From NCBI RefSeq assembly GCF_009914755.1, contig NC_060948.1: a stretch of 64,000 nt of DNA; one strand, given 5' to 3'. This document shows, one piece after another, positions 42,170 to 56,170 of the stretch (positions are counted from its first letter, which is position 1; the number at the start of each line of letters is the position of its first letter). This DNA is from the human T2T-CHM13v2.0 reference genome, Homo sapiens. A program made the translations under genes and the position numbers. The notes below the pieces were generated by a model, which worked only from the letters and a program-made list of their open reading frames with translations, did not search any database and was not told the origin of the DNA.

Positions 42170-43070
42170 TGAATTATAGATGATATAAGAATGTTGGTAT
42201 ATTGATAATCATTGAATCTGGATGATGGTATGTGGAGGTTCATTATGCAATTCTGTCAACTTTTTCTACATTTGAAATTTTCCATAATGAAAGTTGAAAA
42301 AAAAAACAGAAACAAAACAAACAAATGAAAAACACCATGAAGTGAAAAGACAAGCCACAAGGTAGATGAATGTTTTTGCAATAAGAATCACTAAAACAAG
42401 ATTAGTATGCACAGAAAGATTCGTATGTAGACTATTTAAAGAACTGCCATAAATCAACAAGAAAGAACAATCCAGTATATAAAAAAGTAGCTCATATTTA
42501 AGCAATCTCAGTAATCAAAGAAATTTATATTAAGACACAGTAAAATGTAATTTACCTGTAATTGTTAAACTACTAAGCAATCTGATAATATCAAGTCCTG
42601 GAGAGTATGGGGATCCAAAGGGATACACGTCCATAATGTCTATTGCAGTAATGTTCACAATGGCAAAATGATGTAAATAGCCCAAATGTCCAACAACCAG
42701 AAAAAACACAATTGAATTAATGTTTCCTCACAGAGTGGAATATTGCAAATCAGACCATAAAATATTACTGCACATAACACAGAAAAGTCTTAAAAGCATA
42801 ATATTGAGGGCAAAAAAAAAATAACATGGATCATTTACAGTGTGGCAAAGTTTTTATAGAACTTACCTAAATACTTCATTATTTAAGCCTACATACGTTT
42901 GTGAGAAAACTGTAACAAAAACAGCAAAAGAGTAAAAACACAAGATTTAGTAGAGTGGTTATCTCTAGTGGACTTATAGGTGATTGTTGTATTATTGTGT
43001 TAAAATTAACATGTATATTACACATCAGTTTTGTATCAAATAATATATTTAAAAACACAACAGCATAAAC
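42170..43070 (+). mobile_element. Old L1M(D/E) fragments
   Basis: 3' end ttgaaattttccataatgaaag then ORF2-end text (gtgaaaagacaagccaca, cccaaatgtccaacaac). Confidence 0.55.
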
Positions 43071-43861
43071 AAAAAGAAGAAAAATCATTAACCTCCTGCC
43101 CCTCTTCTCCACAGAGTTTCTGAGTAGAAATTTCCACCTGACGTGCCAAATATGGGGTTCTGCTATAAAAAAAAAAGCACCTATCTTTTCAGTTTATCAC
43201 TTATTCACTCTAAAATGTAATGGTTTCCTATGTTCTAAGATGCTATTCCTAAATTTGCACTGGTGGACTGTGTAGAATAAACTATTGGCTCAATATGTAC
43301 TGATAATGGGGTCCAGAAAGTGCATTTGTAACAAAGCATTGTAGGTGGTTTTGATGCTGAGTCAGATTGGCAAAAGTGGGAGCAGAACCCAGTTATACAT
43401 GTACTGCCTTGGTTCCACTTTGGGCCTTTGATAAAATTGCTCTCCCCCTTTAGAGAGACAGGCCAATGTCAAGTGCACCCAAACTCACAATGCAAATATG
43501 TTAAGGAATCACTTCTACTTTTACTTATCCAAACTTTATATCTACTCCTCTTAATATGTGTCCAAGTTTTATAAGACTTGTTTTTCTTTCTTATAAAATG
43601 CGGGATTGCTAAAATATTATTTTTTTCATTTTTCATAACTACAATCTAATAGAACCATGAAATGGGCACAAGGGTTTTACATACTCACTTCATAAAATGC
43701 AGTATGTCAAAATATATTCCTCAAACAAAAAACTTTAGTAAACTGCATACATTACACCTGTCAAATGCAAACAAAAAATGATGGCCTTTTTTCATCAGTT
43801 TTACAAAAGTTATTATAGGTTTGTTGTGGACAAAAGACGAGTCCATCAGTTTTTTTAATTC

Positions 43862-44027
43862 TTTTATATATATATATATAAAATAATTAAATATTGTTTT
43901 ATATATATAAAACAATAAAAAAACACATACATATGTGTGTATTTATATATATGTGTGTGTATATATGTGTGTGTATGTATATATGCATGTGTGTGTGTGT
44001 ATATATATATATACACACACACATATA
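43862..44027. repeat. Compound (TA)n/(TG)n/(CA)n low-complexity tract
   Basis: Read directly from the sequence. Confidence 0.9.
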
Positions 44028-44141
44028 TTTTGCTTTGGAAAAATGAGCAAGAGAGCCAGCCAGTTCGTCTACTATAATAGAACAAAAGTCACAGAAGAAT
44101 TATAGTGACATTTAAAATAAGTCTTTAAAAATTATTGTTCA

Positions 44142-44424
<283 letters not shown>

Positions 44425-44444
44425 TTTCAGTTACATGCTTGTTA

Positions 44445-44592
44445 ACCAGGCATAGTGGCACATACCTGTAGTCCCAGCTGCTTGGGTGGCTGAGACAGGA
44501 GAATCACTTGAGGCCAGGAGTTTGAGGCTACAGTGAGATTTGATCCACCACTGCACTTCAGCCTGAGTAACAATGCATCTGAAAAAAAAAAA
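44445..44592 (+). mobile_element. FAM/FRAM Alu monomer
   Basis: Single monomer cctgtagtcccagct...cactgcacttcagcctg plus A11. Confidence 0.8.
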
Positions 44593-44860
44593 TGCAGCTT
44601 GATCTTGTTGAGGGCTGGTGTGATTTTCTGAAAATGCTGAAGAATATAGCACAGTTGCCAGGGTATTCCATATTATTGAGTAAGTGAGAGGAATTTGTTT
44701 AACTTAGAATTTCTACTGATCTCATTAAATACATGTTTTTTTTAGTTTACCTGTAAGTAGTAGCATTTTGAGGGAAACAATATTTTATATTATCCCTGTT
44801 TGTTTCAACTTCAGAGCAGATGTGACTCAAAATTCTATACATACTTTGACATATTCTGTA

Positions 44861-45306
44861 TGACAACAACTCTGTCCTTGGCTAAACTGTAGACAGGCTC
44901 CTCCGAGCCTTCTTTCAAACTAGGCCCCTTCCTTTGGCCCTGTCTTTGACCTGCCTCTCCCAGTTTTAGCAAAAAATCTTGCTTAATTAGCAAGGATCTC
45001 TCCACCATTAATATCTGATCACCCTGGTTTGCTGACTTCTACAAAGGTCCTCTTGTTGGGTTAGCAAAAATCCCTCTAACCTCAATGTCTCCTCCTAGCA
45101 ATTTTTCATCCACTGATTTTCTCACTCTGCTCTTTGGATGTACATCCCCAGCTATCTTTACTGTATTTGGCATTGAGTCTCATCTCTCTTCCCGATTGCA
45201 ATTATCTTGACCCCTATTGCAATTATCTTGGCACCTATTGCAATAGTCTTGAATGATGTCTTCTTTACTATTTTAACAAGTGTGAGAAAATTTTTTTTCT
45301 TTAACA
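44861..45306 (+). mobile_element. MER31-type ERV1 solo LTR
   Basis: TGACAACAACTCTGTCCTTGGCTAAAC...ctttaaCA, with an internal ~21-bp ctattgcaat(t/a)(a/g)tcttg triplication at ~45192-45253. Confidence 0.75.
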
Positions 45307-45789
45307 GGGATTGCAATAACAAATTATAGGAATTTAGAAGGATACACACAGTTAACCAAAATTCAATTTAACCAACAAGTTTGTATTTCTTAAAAAAAGA
45401 AGTTATTAAGTCTCTTGAGGATATATTGTCATGTAGTTCACAGACTCTTTCAAAATTCTGGAACCTGGAATATAAACCTGTGAGGGAGAAAGAGGAGACA
45501 TATTTGCCCTGGGGACATTAAACTGGGAATGAAACCATGGCTGAAAGGCCCTGGGTGTAGAAACTACGTGCTAGTTTGGAGTGGTAGGGATCTTTCAAAG
45601 GATGTGTAGAAATGGCAGCAAGGAAGAAAGACAAGTAAGAAAGAGAACTTTAAATTTAAGTCTTAAGATCTCAAGCTCCCCAGGTTTGCATTTCTAAAAT
45701 GTCTTTGCTGAAAATTAATGTCCTTAGAAAACTTTCTCTCTTTTCATGACAGTGATTCTTCAAGCATTAAGTTGATTATATTAGTGAAT

Positions 45790-45925
45790 TGTCTGAGTTC
45801 TTTAACAAAATAGAAGTTCCATTAGGGTACTTCTTAGTTTCCCTAGTTTACCACTGTATTTCCAGTGCCTAGAAACTTGCCCATCCCATGGGAGACACTC
45901 AATAAATATTTCTTGAGTTAATGTG
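45790..45925 (+). mobile_element. L2 3' end
   Basis: cactgtatttccagtgcctagaa...cactcaataaatatttcttgagttaatg. Confidence 0.7.
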
Positions 45926-46404
45926 TTAAATAATGTTTAGATGTGTGTAAGAGACAACTAGTCTTAAAGAGCATTCCTTTGAATTCATCTATAGATTTTT
46001 CATTTATATTATGTTGAACCAAAGAAATGTTCATTAAGATTATGTTGTTAACTTCTTCTGTATTAATGCATAATATAAATACAAAAACCTTGTCAAGTTA
46101 ACGGTTTATACTTTTCCTGAGCTAATAGCATATATATAATGATTTCTGCTTCCTTGTTTATGATGTGATGACAAGGGTAGCTGCGCCACTGTGGGCCACA
46201 GGAGCACCACATTCCAGGAAGCACTAGTCACGCATGCCAACTTACATGTTTGGCAGGCAGGAGAATGCTGGGCCTTTGACTGAGAAATAATTCTGTTTTC
46301 TTCCTCCCCCAAATGTGCTCTTAGAGCTAGAGGTCCTATTAATTTCCTGAGTTTTTTTTTTTTTTTTTACCTAAATGTTTATTGGGATATTAGAAACAAA
46401 TAAA

Positions 46405-47615
46405 AAACCTATACAAAAGTCAACTCAAGAGGGATTAAAAAAACCCCCGAAACTATTAAAACACTAGAAGAAATCCAGGGAACACTCTTCCTGACATTGG
46501 TCTTGGCAAAAAATACAAGACCTCAAATGCACAAACAACAAAAACAAAAATAGACAAATGGGACTTCATCTTCAAATCTTCTACAAAACAAAAGAAATAA
46601 TCAACAGAGAACAGACAACTTGCAAAATGGGAGTAAATATTTACAAACTATGAACCCAACAAGGGACTAATATCCAGAATTTACAAGGAACTGAAATAAA
46701 TAAACAAAAACACAAACAACAGCATTAAAAGTGGGCACAGGGCATAAATAGACATTTTTCAAAAGAAGAGATAAAAATGGCCAACAAGCATATGAAAAAA
46801 ATACTCAATATCACTAGTCATCAGATAAATGCAAATTAAAACCTTAATGAGATATCATCACAAACCAGTCAGACTGGCTGTTATTAAAAATGCAAAAAAC
46901 AACAGATGTTGGCAAGGATGCAGAGAAAAGGGAACACTTGTGCACTGTTGGTGGGAGTGTAAATTATTACAACTTCTATGGAAAACAATATGGCTATTTC
47001 TCAAATAACTAAAAGTTGAGCTACCATTCAATCCAGCAATTCCAATACTGGATGTCTACACAAAGGAAAATAAATCATTTCATGAAAAAGATATTATGCT
47101 TGCATATCACTGCACTATTCACAATAGCAAAGACATGGAATACTTAAATGTCAATCTACAGATGATTGGATAAAGAAAACGTGGTATATATACACACAAA
47201 CTACACATGCACACACATACACACACACACAAACACTGGAATACTATTCAGCCATTAAAAGAATGAAATCATGTCTTTTGTAGAAGTGTGGATGGAGCTG
47301 GAGGCTATCATCTTAAGAGAAGTAACTCAGAAACAGAAAGTCAAATATTACATGTTCTTGTTTATAAATGGGAGACAAATTATGTGTACACATGGATATA
47401 GAATGTGGAAATAATAAATATTGAAGACTTGGAAGGGTGGGAGGAGGATGACAAATAAGAAATTACTCAATGGCTACGATGTACACTATTCAGGTGATGG
47501 TTACACTAAAAGCCCAGACTTCACCACTATGCAATACATTCATGTAAAAAACAGTATTTGTACCCCTTAAATTTATAGAAATATGAAAATGAAAACGAAT
47601 TGAAATAAAATAAAT
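46405..47615 (+). mobile_element. 5'-truncated L1MA3-type LINE
   Basis: ORF2 C-terminal text and 3'UTR ctaaaagcccagacttcaccactatgcaata...gtaccccttaaattta. Confidence 0.88.
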
Positions 47616-49402
47616 GTCTGTTATAAAAATGGTTCACTGCTTGTTTACATGGAACTGTGTCAGTTAATTATGAGACCAGCTAATTCAACATTAGGGAGTT
47701 GGCAGTGGAAACAGAGAGAGACACTAAATGAAAGAGAACTGCATTATAGCAAAGATGAATACAGCAAGGTACCAGACTAGCACAACATGGTGCATACATC
47801 GAAGAGGTGGTTCAAGTTTTATGGCTTCGAGAAAAAAGGGTTATGACATAGTCAGAAAATTTGGAAAAATACTTACAAAGTGCATGTCAAGATACAGACA
47901 AGAAATGTTTTCATTATTGTGCCATTCAGGTTTGTTAAATTTGCCTTTGTATTCCCGATGTTATCTCTTTAATAATATGAACCTCCTTTATGTAACAGAT
48001 CTTCTTTCACTAAATCCAGTTGTCACTTGTTTTTGGTGCTTGTGGGGCATCCAGTCAACTTCAGACAGCCTCTAATGTGGTGGTCGTGTTGATACTGTTG
48101 TTTCCGAACCAGGAGTATGAGAATACTGACCCTGCCAAATGGAAGTAAAAACAAAACAAACAGAATAAAGCACTTTACAGGAAATTTCAAACATATATAA
48201 GTAAGGAGAATAATATAATGAAGCCCTGGATGTACTCATAACTCATCCCCAACTCATCCCCAACAATTAACTCATGAGCACTCTTGTCTCATATATACCC
48301 ACACTGATGTTGTCACTTCCCTTTTTACATTGTTATTAAACCAATTTCAGAAATTATATTACATTATATTACTTAATCCGTCAATATTCTATATGCTCCT
48401 CAAAAAGATAAGTACTCCTCCAGAAAACATAAACACAATACCATAATCAAACTTAAATTTTTAAACATGTCATTAAAGTTAAAATTTTGTAAAACAATAT
48501 CACACGTAAAATTTGCATATCTAAATGGCGAGGAAGGAATTCTCTTAAATTATTCAATTGCTGCAGGTTATTAGAGAAAATTAAAGGAATGGTTGTATTA
48601 CATGATACAAGGGCCTTAATTTCTACAAGTCCAAAAAAGTGGCCCTTCGATAAAGAGATATTGCTTTTTGTAATGAAGACACTGAAAATGTTTGCTTACC
48701 TGCATGGATAGCAGGCATATCATTGTGAAGTTAAATGAAGCCAATATTGTTGAAGTGATAGTGTTCAGATACAGTGTGAGACAATGGGCCGTTAGTTAAT
48801 ATGCCAGATTCCTTGTACATAATTGGTCAATAATGTGTTACAAAATTACAAGAAGAAACTTTTCATCTTAATATGGAGAGTTCAAACTTTTCTATTACTC
48901 AAAAGTATAATACACACTATTATAGAGTTTATGTAAATAGAGGTAACAGGCACAGTTTTATGAGGCTTTGGGAAAAATTTTCCATGATGACCTTGAAAAG
49001 CCTGCAGAATTTATGTGATACAGACAATTCCTTTTCAATTTTTGTGTGACTGTAAGGCATAAAAGCCTCTCTTAAGGATCTTGTAAGTGAAGAAAATGTT
49101 TAAGTGTGTTCAAACTGTCTACAGAAATGTCACATTAGAGAGAAATGACTACAAAGTGAAATAATCATCAATTGTCTAACATGTTGCAGACCTATCTTTT
49201 TTACTGCTATAGGTGAATTTTTATAAATAATTGATTCATATTTAACGAGGAGAAGGCAGTTATATGGGGCTTTTTTACTATAAAGATAATTGATTCAATT
49301 ACAGGGAAATGTGATAAAATGATGGAGGATTATTTGGGAAACCTTTAACTCTCTTGGTATGCAGAAGTAAATTTAGGGAGGTGCTCTAGCATTAACACTT
49401 AG

Positions 49403-49531
49403 TGTATTTTTAGTAGAGATGGGGTTTCGCCATGTTGGCCAGGCTGGTTTCAAACTCCTGACCTCAGGTGATCCACCTGCTTCGGCCTCCCAAGGTGCTG
49501 GGATTATAGGCATGAGCCACCACGTGCGGCC
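49403..49531 (-). mobile_element. AluS left arm only
   Basis: tgtatttttagtagagatgggg...ctgacctcaggtgatccacc...gagccaccacgtgcggcc; right arm and tail absent. Confidence 0.9.
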
Positions 49532-49732
49532 AGTTTCCTTTATATTTTCAAAGAGAAATGTCTAAATATTGGAAATACCGAAAAGCACAATTTGTACCCT
49601 CATTGCTTATACATAAATGGAAGTAGAAGAAATACCTCCTCGTATTTCTTGTAAGCATTCACTGCCTCTCTAAATAACAATTAGAGATTTGAAAGAATAT
49701 CTATACCATCCAAAGCGTAAACGGCAAACAAG

Positions 49733-50268
49733 TCTGGTAGACAGAATAATGGCCCTCCAAAGATGTCCACATGTTAACAGCCAGAGACTGTAAATATGCT
49801 ACCTTGTATGACCAAAGGGACTTTATAGATGTGATTGAGTTAAGAATCTTGAGATGGGGGGTTATCTTGGAGTATCTGAGTTAGCCTAATGTAATTAAAG
49901 TGATCCTTATAAGAAGGATGCAGAAAGGTCAAAAGGAGAGAAGGTGATGGGGCTACAGAAGGAGTGAGAGAGAGAGCAATTGAATGATGCTATTCTGCTG
50001 GACTCCAAGACGGAGGTAGAAGCCAACAGCAAAATAATAAAATAAACATAAAAATGCATGTGGTCTCTGGAAGTCGGCAAAGGCAAGACAACGAAACATT
50101 CTCCTTTAGAACCTCCCAAAAGAACCATCTCTGCTGACACCTTGATGTTAGGCAAGTGAGACTGATTTTGAACTTCTGACTTCCAGATCCATAATATAAT
50201 ATAGGTATGCTGTTTTAAGCCATTAAGTTTGTGGTAATTTGTTACAACAGCAATAGGAAACTAATAAC
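49733..50268 (+). mobile_element. MLT1D-type solo LTR
   Basis: ggtagacagaataatggccctccaaagatgtccac...gtttgtggtaatttgttacaacagcaataggaaactaata. Confidence 0.85.
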
Positions 50269-52161
50269 GTTTCCCTCAATATTCTGTTCAATAATAGGAA
50301 ACCAGAAATTTCGAATGGTAAGGAATGTACCTGTCTAGGAACCTGTAAGATTGGTGTTAACTATGTCTAACTATATACTGAAGGGAGCCTTCTTTGTGAA
50401 TTGTTAAATTTTGTAACACTCTGGCAGCCATTCACATGGCTGAGGAAATGCTATGGAAATAAGATCGTACCTGAAAATGACATGTTTATAGAGTAGAGAG
50501 AGAATTATATGAGGCTACTTGACTTTAAACTGTAGTGATTAAATTAATTGGAATTGGGGGCTTGATGTGTTAAAAACCTTTTACTTGAAATTTATATTTG
50601 TGCATATCGACGGGGCTTTTTAAGGCATCGTTTGTGCTTAGGACTAATTTTTTAATCTTGAATTTCTTAAAAAGATTAAGGATTTCCTGAGAAAGCTTAG
50701 ATCCACCAGTTTGAGGAAATAAATTTAAGGATTGGGAATGAGTTCACTGGCTAAGAAAAAAAGTTCATTGCTATCGTTTTGTTAAAACCTTAAAAGCCTC
50801 CTATTAAAGGAGGTAGATTTTTCTTCCTTAATGAGATGATTGAATGGAACATAATTTGATGATCATTGATTACCCTCAATGAGAAAAAAAGCATATAAAT
50901 GGCACAGCAACATTTTTTAAAGTCTTTGTTCTGTAATTTCAATGTCAGAAGACTTGGGTGGGCATCAATCAACAAAGTAACACCCATATAGCTTATTGAT
51001 CTATAAAAAGCTACAAATTCACATTCAAACTGATGGTTTCTCACATATCTTCATAAGGAGATGTTAAAGGACTGGGACATTTAATATCGTAATTCAGAAT
51101 GTTACTGGGCATTGATATAAGATGGTAATAGAGACACTTTTATGGGAATACAGGGTCAAAAATTGCCTTGACAAGCATGTGTAATTTATATTGTGAAGAA
51201 ACTTTTTATAATATCTCCAGGGCTATTAGAAATGCAAATTTACTTGCAAGAGTTTGGTTAACTAACAGGTGTAAATAAATCCTCAGAGACCATGTATGAA
51301 AAGTGTGTGTCAGGAAATGCTACATGGGTATAAAAATATCTCAGTAAGATTAAGTTCCCAGTAAGACTTTAAAAAATTGATTTATGTGTCATGCTACACC
51401 ACATTTATATGGCCTGTGGTTGTACAAAATGAGTAGTACTACTGAGAATTTGTTATCTACAACAAACTTGAGGGTCCTATATAGAGTTATGAGACTGTAA
51501 AATGAATTTATTTTGTTCATTGAACTCCTGAGGTCTGTGTAAGCATCAGACATATTTTGGCAGAATTTGTATACTCCAGCTTGAACATCCTTATTAAATG
51601 TTTGGTGTCAGTAACATGCTAGGAATTGGATTTTGAAAATTAAATTGAAATGATAAAAAAATTCTTTAGAATCCCTATAAATCTCCAGGTTTGCAGCATT
51701 CAATTGATATAAGTGGATTGTCCTTAAATTTAGGAGAATGTATTCTGAGTAATATCTGTCCAAAATATAAAAGATGACTTATAAATGTGATTGGAAGTCT
51801 CCATTTGATACTGTATGATAGGAAAGTGTGTTTTTATTACTTCTGTATTTTTTATTTGAATGTATTTTTTATGCTTACATACATAAAATTTATATCTATG
51901 GTTTACACTTGTAATTTGAATATAGTAGAATTCATACATTATAAACGTGAAATTCAATGAGTCAAAGACTTAGAACTATGTCATTCATAACCTTAGTAAG
52001 ATACAGAGCATGTTCATAACCCCAGAAAGTTTTCTTGTGTGTGGTATCTCCCCATCAATTTCTGAACCATCTCTCTTGGGAAACTGTTGCTTTGATTTTT
52101 ATTAAAATATTTAATTTTGCCTATTTGACATTTTCATATAAATGCAACCATATAATATGTA

Positions 52162-52297
52162 TAGCTGGACCTCTGTATCTGCAAATGCGGATTCAACTGC
52201 ACTATGCCACTTTATATAAGGGACTTGAGCATTCATGGATTTTGATATCTGCAGGGGGCTTTAGAACCAATTCCCTGTGAATAGTGAGAGATAATTG
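52162..52297. mobile_element. Internally deleted MER2/Tigger3-type MITE
   Basis: tatataagggacttgagcattcatggattttgatatctgcaggggg...gaaccaattccc; TA on both flanks. Confidence 0.75.
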
Positions 52298-53177
52298 TAC
52301 TATATTGTGCCAGGCCTTTTTTCATTGAGCATAATATTCTCAGATTCCGTCATGTTGCTGCACGTATAAGTAGTTCATTCTTTTGTATTTTACAATATTA
52401 GTTCATTATAAGGATAAACCACATTTCATTTATCCATTATATGCTGATAAATATTTGGCTTCTTTCTAGGTTTGGCTGTTAAGAATAAAGCTGCTATAAA
52501 CATTCATGTACAGATCTTTTTGTAGATTATTTTTGCATATTACTTGGGTAAATTTCTAGAAGGGCTAATTTCTGTATCACAGGACAAATGTGTATTTAAT
52601 TCTATCAGAAACTTCCAAAGCGGCATAGGTTATTTTAAGTAGTTATACCGTTTTAAAAACCTACAAACAACCACAAGAACTTTGGTTCCTCCACACCATC
52701 ACTAATATTTGAATTAGTCAATCCTTTTGTAGCCAATCAATGTGGGTGTGAGGTAATATATCTTTGTTTTATTTTGCAATTTTCTGATGACCAATAATAC
52801 TGAGCACTTTTTCATCGCATATTGGTTATTCATATGTCCTCTCAGTGAACTATGCATTTAAGCTTTTTAAAATTTTAATAGATTTGTTTTATCTTATTGG
52901 ATTATATGGGACTTTCATTCATTCTTGATACAAAGCTTTCATTGAATATAGAGTGAATATAATTTATAGCAGTGGCATCTCTGTTCATTTTTTAAATTGT
53001 ACTTTTTGATGAGCAGAAATTTTTATTTGAGGAATTTTTGTTAATACTTTAAAAAATGTTTGGTATTGCTTTTCATGTGCTATTTAAGACACTTTGCTTA
53101 TATCATGGGTGTGAAGACATTTGCCTATTTATTCTAGTGGAAGATTTATAGATTCAGTTTTTAAATGTGGCTCTACT

Positions 53178-53532
<355 letters not shown>

Positions 53533-54659
53533 TCACGCCTTTTCAGAAGTTTTTCACATGGACATCCATTTCTTCCATCAGCATATGTAAAAAAGAATTT
53601 GAATTCTCAATATCATTGATTTGGGTCACATTATAGTAATATTGAAACTTTTTATTCTGTTTCCTTGATCCATTTGCCTATTCTTATGCCCAAAAATACT
53701 GTTCTTATTATTGCAGTATCATGGTAATCATTAAAATCAGACCGTGTAATTCCATCAAATTTGGCTTTTTTAAAGATTGTTTTGACAATAACAGATCCTT
53801 AAAATAAACTGTTAATTTCTAATAATATTTTGGAAAAAGTTGCTTTAGATCTATAATTCAATTTAGGAAGAATTGATGTTTTAACATATTGAATCTTCCA
53901 ACACATAAACACAATAAATCTTCATATTTGTTCAGTTCTTTTAAAAATGTACTTTTAGGAATATTCTATAGTTTTCAGTGTGAATGTGCTGCAAATATCT
54001 GATTAAATTTATTCATAAATATTTGATTTTTATTACTTTATAAAAGATATTTTTCAATATCACTTCTGTTTCTTATATTCTCATTATAATTTTTATATGT
54101 ATGTTTTATCATGTGATCTTGCTAAACTCACCTATAAGTACTTTTAGTTGTTTTTTAGCTTTCTTTTTGATTTCTATAAAAACAATAATGCCATCTGCAA
54201 ACAGACAGTTTTTTTTTTTCAGTTTTTATGCCTTTTTTTCCTTTTACAACATGGACAAGACCTCCAGTACAATGTTGATCAAAAGTGGTAAGATTCAATA
54301 TCATGCCTTGTGTTCAATTTTCAGGGAAAATGTTCAACATGTCACCATTGAGTGTAATATTAGTTGTAGGAAATTCAAATACACCCATTATCAGATTAAG
54401 TGTGTTTCTTTTTGCTCCTTGTGTGCTGAGAGATTTTATAATAAATATATATTACATTATTTAAATTATTTTCCTACATGTAAATTATCATTTGATTTTA
54501 AACATTTATTTTATTAATATGGTGAATAAAATTGATATTTTAAAGTTACATAACTCTTGAATTCCTGGGCAAACTCCCACATATTGATGGATATAATTGC
54601 CTTTTATTTGTTTTCCTTTATCTATATTTGAGGAATACTGGACTATATATTTATAAAAT

Positions 54660-54858
54660 AGACTTTATTTCCTGACAAAGTTTTAGGATCCCAGCCACAG
54701 TGAGTGGAAGTTACAGAAATTTCCCACATAACCCATGCCCTATGTATGCACAGCCTCCACCCCTATCAAAATTCCAAACCAGAGTGGTACATTTGTTACA
54801 TCAATAAACCTGCATTGTCAAACCATTATCACCCAAAGGCCTAGGGTTCACTCATGGT
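54660..54858 (-). mobile_element. L1MC 3' end
   Basis: gcacagcctccacccctatcaa...ccagagtggtacatttgttaca...cattatcacccaaag. Confidence 0.75.
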
Positions 54859-54859
54859 A

Positions 54860-55435
54860 CAAATTCATGGTTTTCATACCTTTCTGCCTTTTCTTTTTGC
54901 AACCTATTTTTGGAAATTCTTTAGGTGGACTAAAACATTTTTTTTCTTAAACAAAACAAAACATGTGCTTAGCACCTATGTTTGTTTCTTTTCTTAAAAT
55001 TTATTATCATATTTAATTCAACCTATTTCTCTTTCCTCTTTGCCATCTTCAGCCTATTGTGCATTGCATTACCCAATCCCTTTGGCCTTTAGGGGTACCA
55101 GAAATTACTTTGCATTGTGAAAAACTTGACCTTGGTATGTGTAATGGCTAAGAAAAAAATACACTTTTAGAGGTCGCTGATGGCAGTTGCTTAAAGTAAA
55201 TGGTTACTACTGCAGGGAGCTACTTGTTTTCTTTTGTGCTTGGATTAAAAAAAAAAGCATGGTTTTGGACACCTAGATGCTATATAAACACTCCCCACTG
55301 GGGGATAAGATGCCCATGGAGGATGGGCTGATCACAGAATAGGCTAATTGGCATTGGGTTGCCCACTAGCCTCTGAGTATGTATTTTTAGTAAAATACAC
55401 TGTGAAAGCATTGTGTGGCCCAGTCCTCATGGTAG
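54860..55435 (+). mobile_element. MER4-group ERV1 internal fragment
   Basis: aaacttgaccttggtatgtgtaatggc...gatgggctgatcacaga...gggttgcccac resembles recalled MER4-group internal leader sequence. Confidence 0.5.
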
Positions 55436-56170
55436 AGTTACTATTGGCAAATTCATACAGTCTGCAGCAAACTCGATCCTTGCCTCTTTGGAGGAAAGAA
55501 TTCAGCCAAGGAGCAGAAGTAGGTTTAAGGTAGAGTGAGCGACCAAGGCAAATTTTGTAGCAGGAGTGAGAGTGTATTAAAAAGTTTTAGAGCAGGAATG
55601 ATAGGAAGCAAAGTACACTTCGAAGAGGGACAAGAGGGTGACTTTGGAGATCCAAGTGCCTTGCTTAGCCCTGGATTTAGAGTTTTATACATTGGCATTG
55701 ATCTATGGTTTGCATTTCTCTCCTTTCAATTTTTTCATTGGGTCAGTCTGTCCATATACACAGTGGTCTGCCAGCACTTGTGAGGGCTTATATACACAAT
55801 GTGTTTACTGAAGTTGTGCACAACCTCCTTTGAGGCATTTTTTTCCTTACCAGTTGAGCATTTCCAGGGGAATTTCATATACTGGTTAAACTCTGCCATT
55901 TTGCCTCTTAGTGCACATGCTTAAGCCTGCTCATCCAACTCCTAAGATCTTATTGGGAAGCTACTGATCACCAGCTTCAGGTTTTTTTCTATCTATTGGG
56001 AGACTGTCTTTCCATGGCACTGGCTGTGACTAATTATCACTTTAGAGAGGCAGTTTAACAAGCACTTGACTATCACGTGATTCACCTGATGGTCGCCTGA
56101 CATTCTTGGCAGCAGGGTGCTCTTCTGCTCTCCTGTCCTGCTATTGTCTGCTAAATTATCGACTGTAACA
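55436..56170 (-). mobile_element. MER50 3' LTR of a HERV-FRD provirus
   Basis: Minus strand begins TGTTACAGT..., preceded by a purine-rich tract (cttgagcagggaaa); ggcaaggatcgagtttgctgcagac end is typical of MER50; joined directly to an FRD-type env. Confidence 0.82.

Larger units (their letters stand above)
48520..51580 (+). pseudogene. Highly decayed Ty3/Gypsy internal region (gag-pro-RT-RNaseH-IN), MamGypsy-like
   Basis: Ordered motif remnants: CSNCLQKCHIREK* (CCHC knuckle, 49107-49148), RL/VNYV*L (RLCVDY-like, 50348-50373), FVHIDG (YxDD-like, 50597-50614), SEDLGG..HP/IAY*S (RNase H, 50945-51002), YMGIK (IN HxG-like, 51321). Boundaries uncertain. Confidence 0.62.

Noticed and set aside
47728-48075. 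115-aa ORF in non-repeat-looking DNA
   Set aside because: No recognisable domain or splice context; length is within chance expectation.
48620-49400. Initial impression of a pogo/Tigger transposase remnant
   Set aside because: No terminal inverted repeats or DDE motif seen; the CCHC knuckle and downstream RT/RNase H motifs fit Gypsy better.
55436-56170. GCM1 site in the MER50 LTR
   Set aside because: No clean (A/G)CCC(T/G)CAT match found by eye, so trophoblast activity is not supported from sequence alone.
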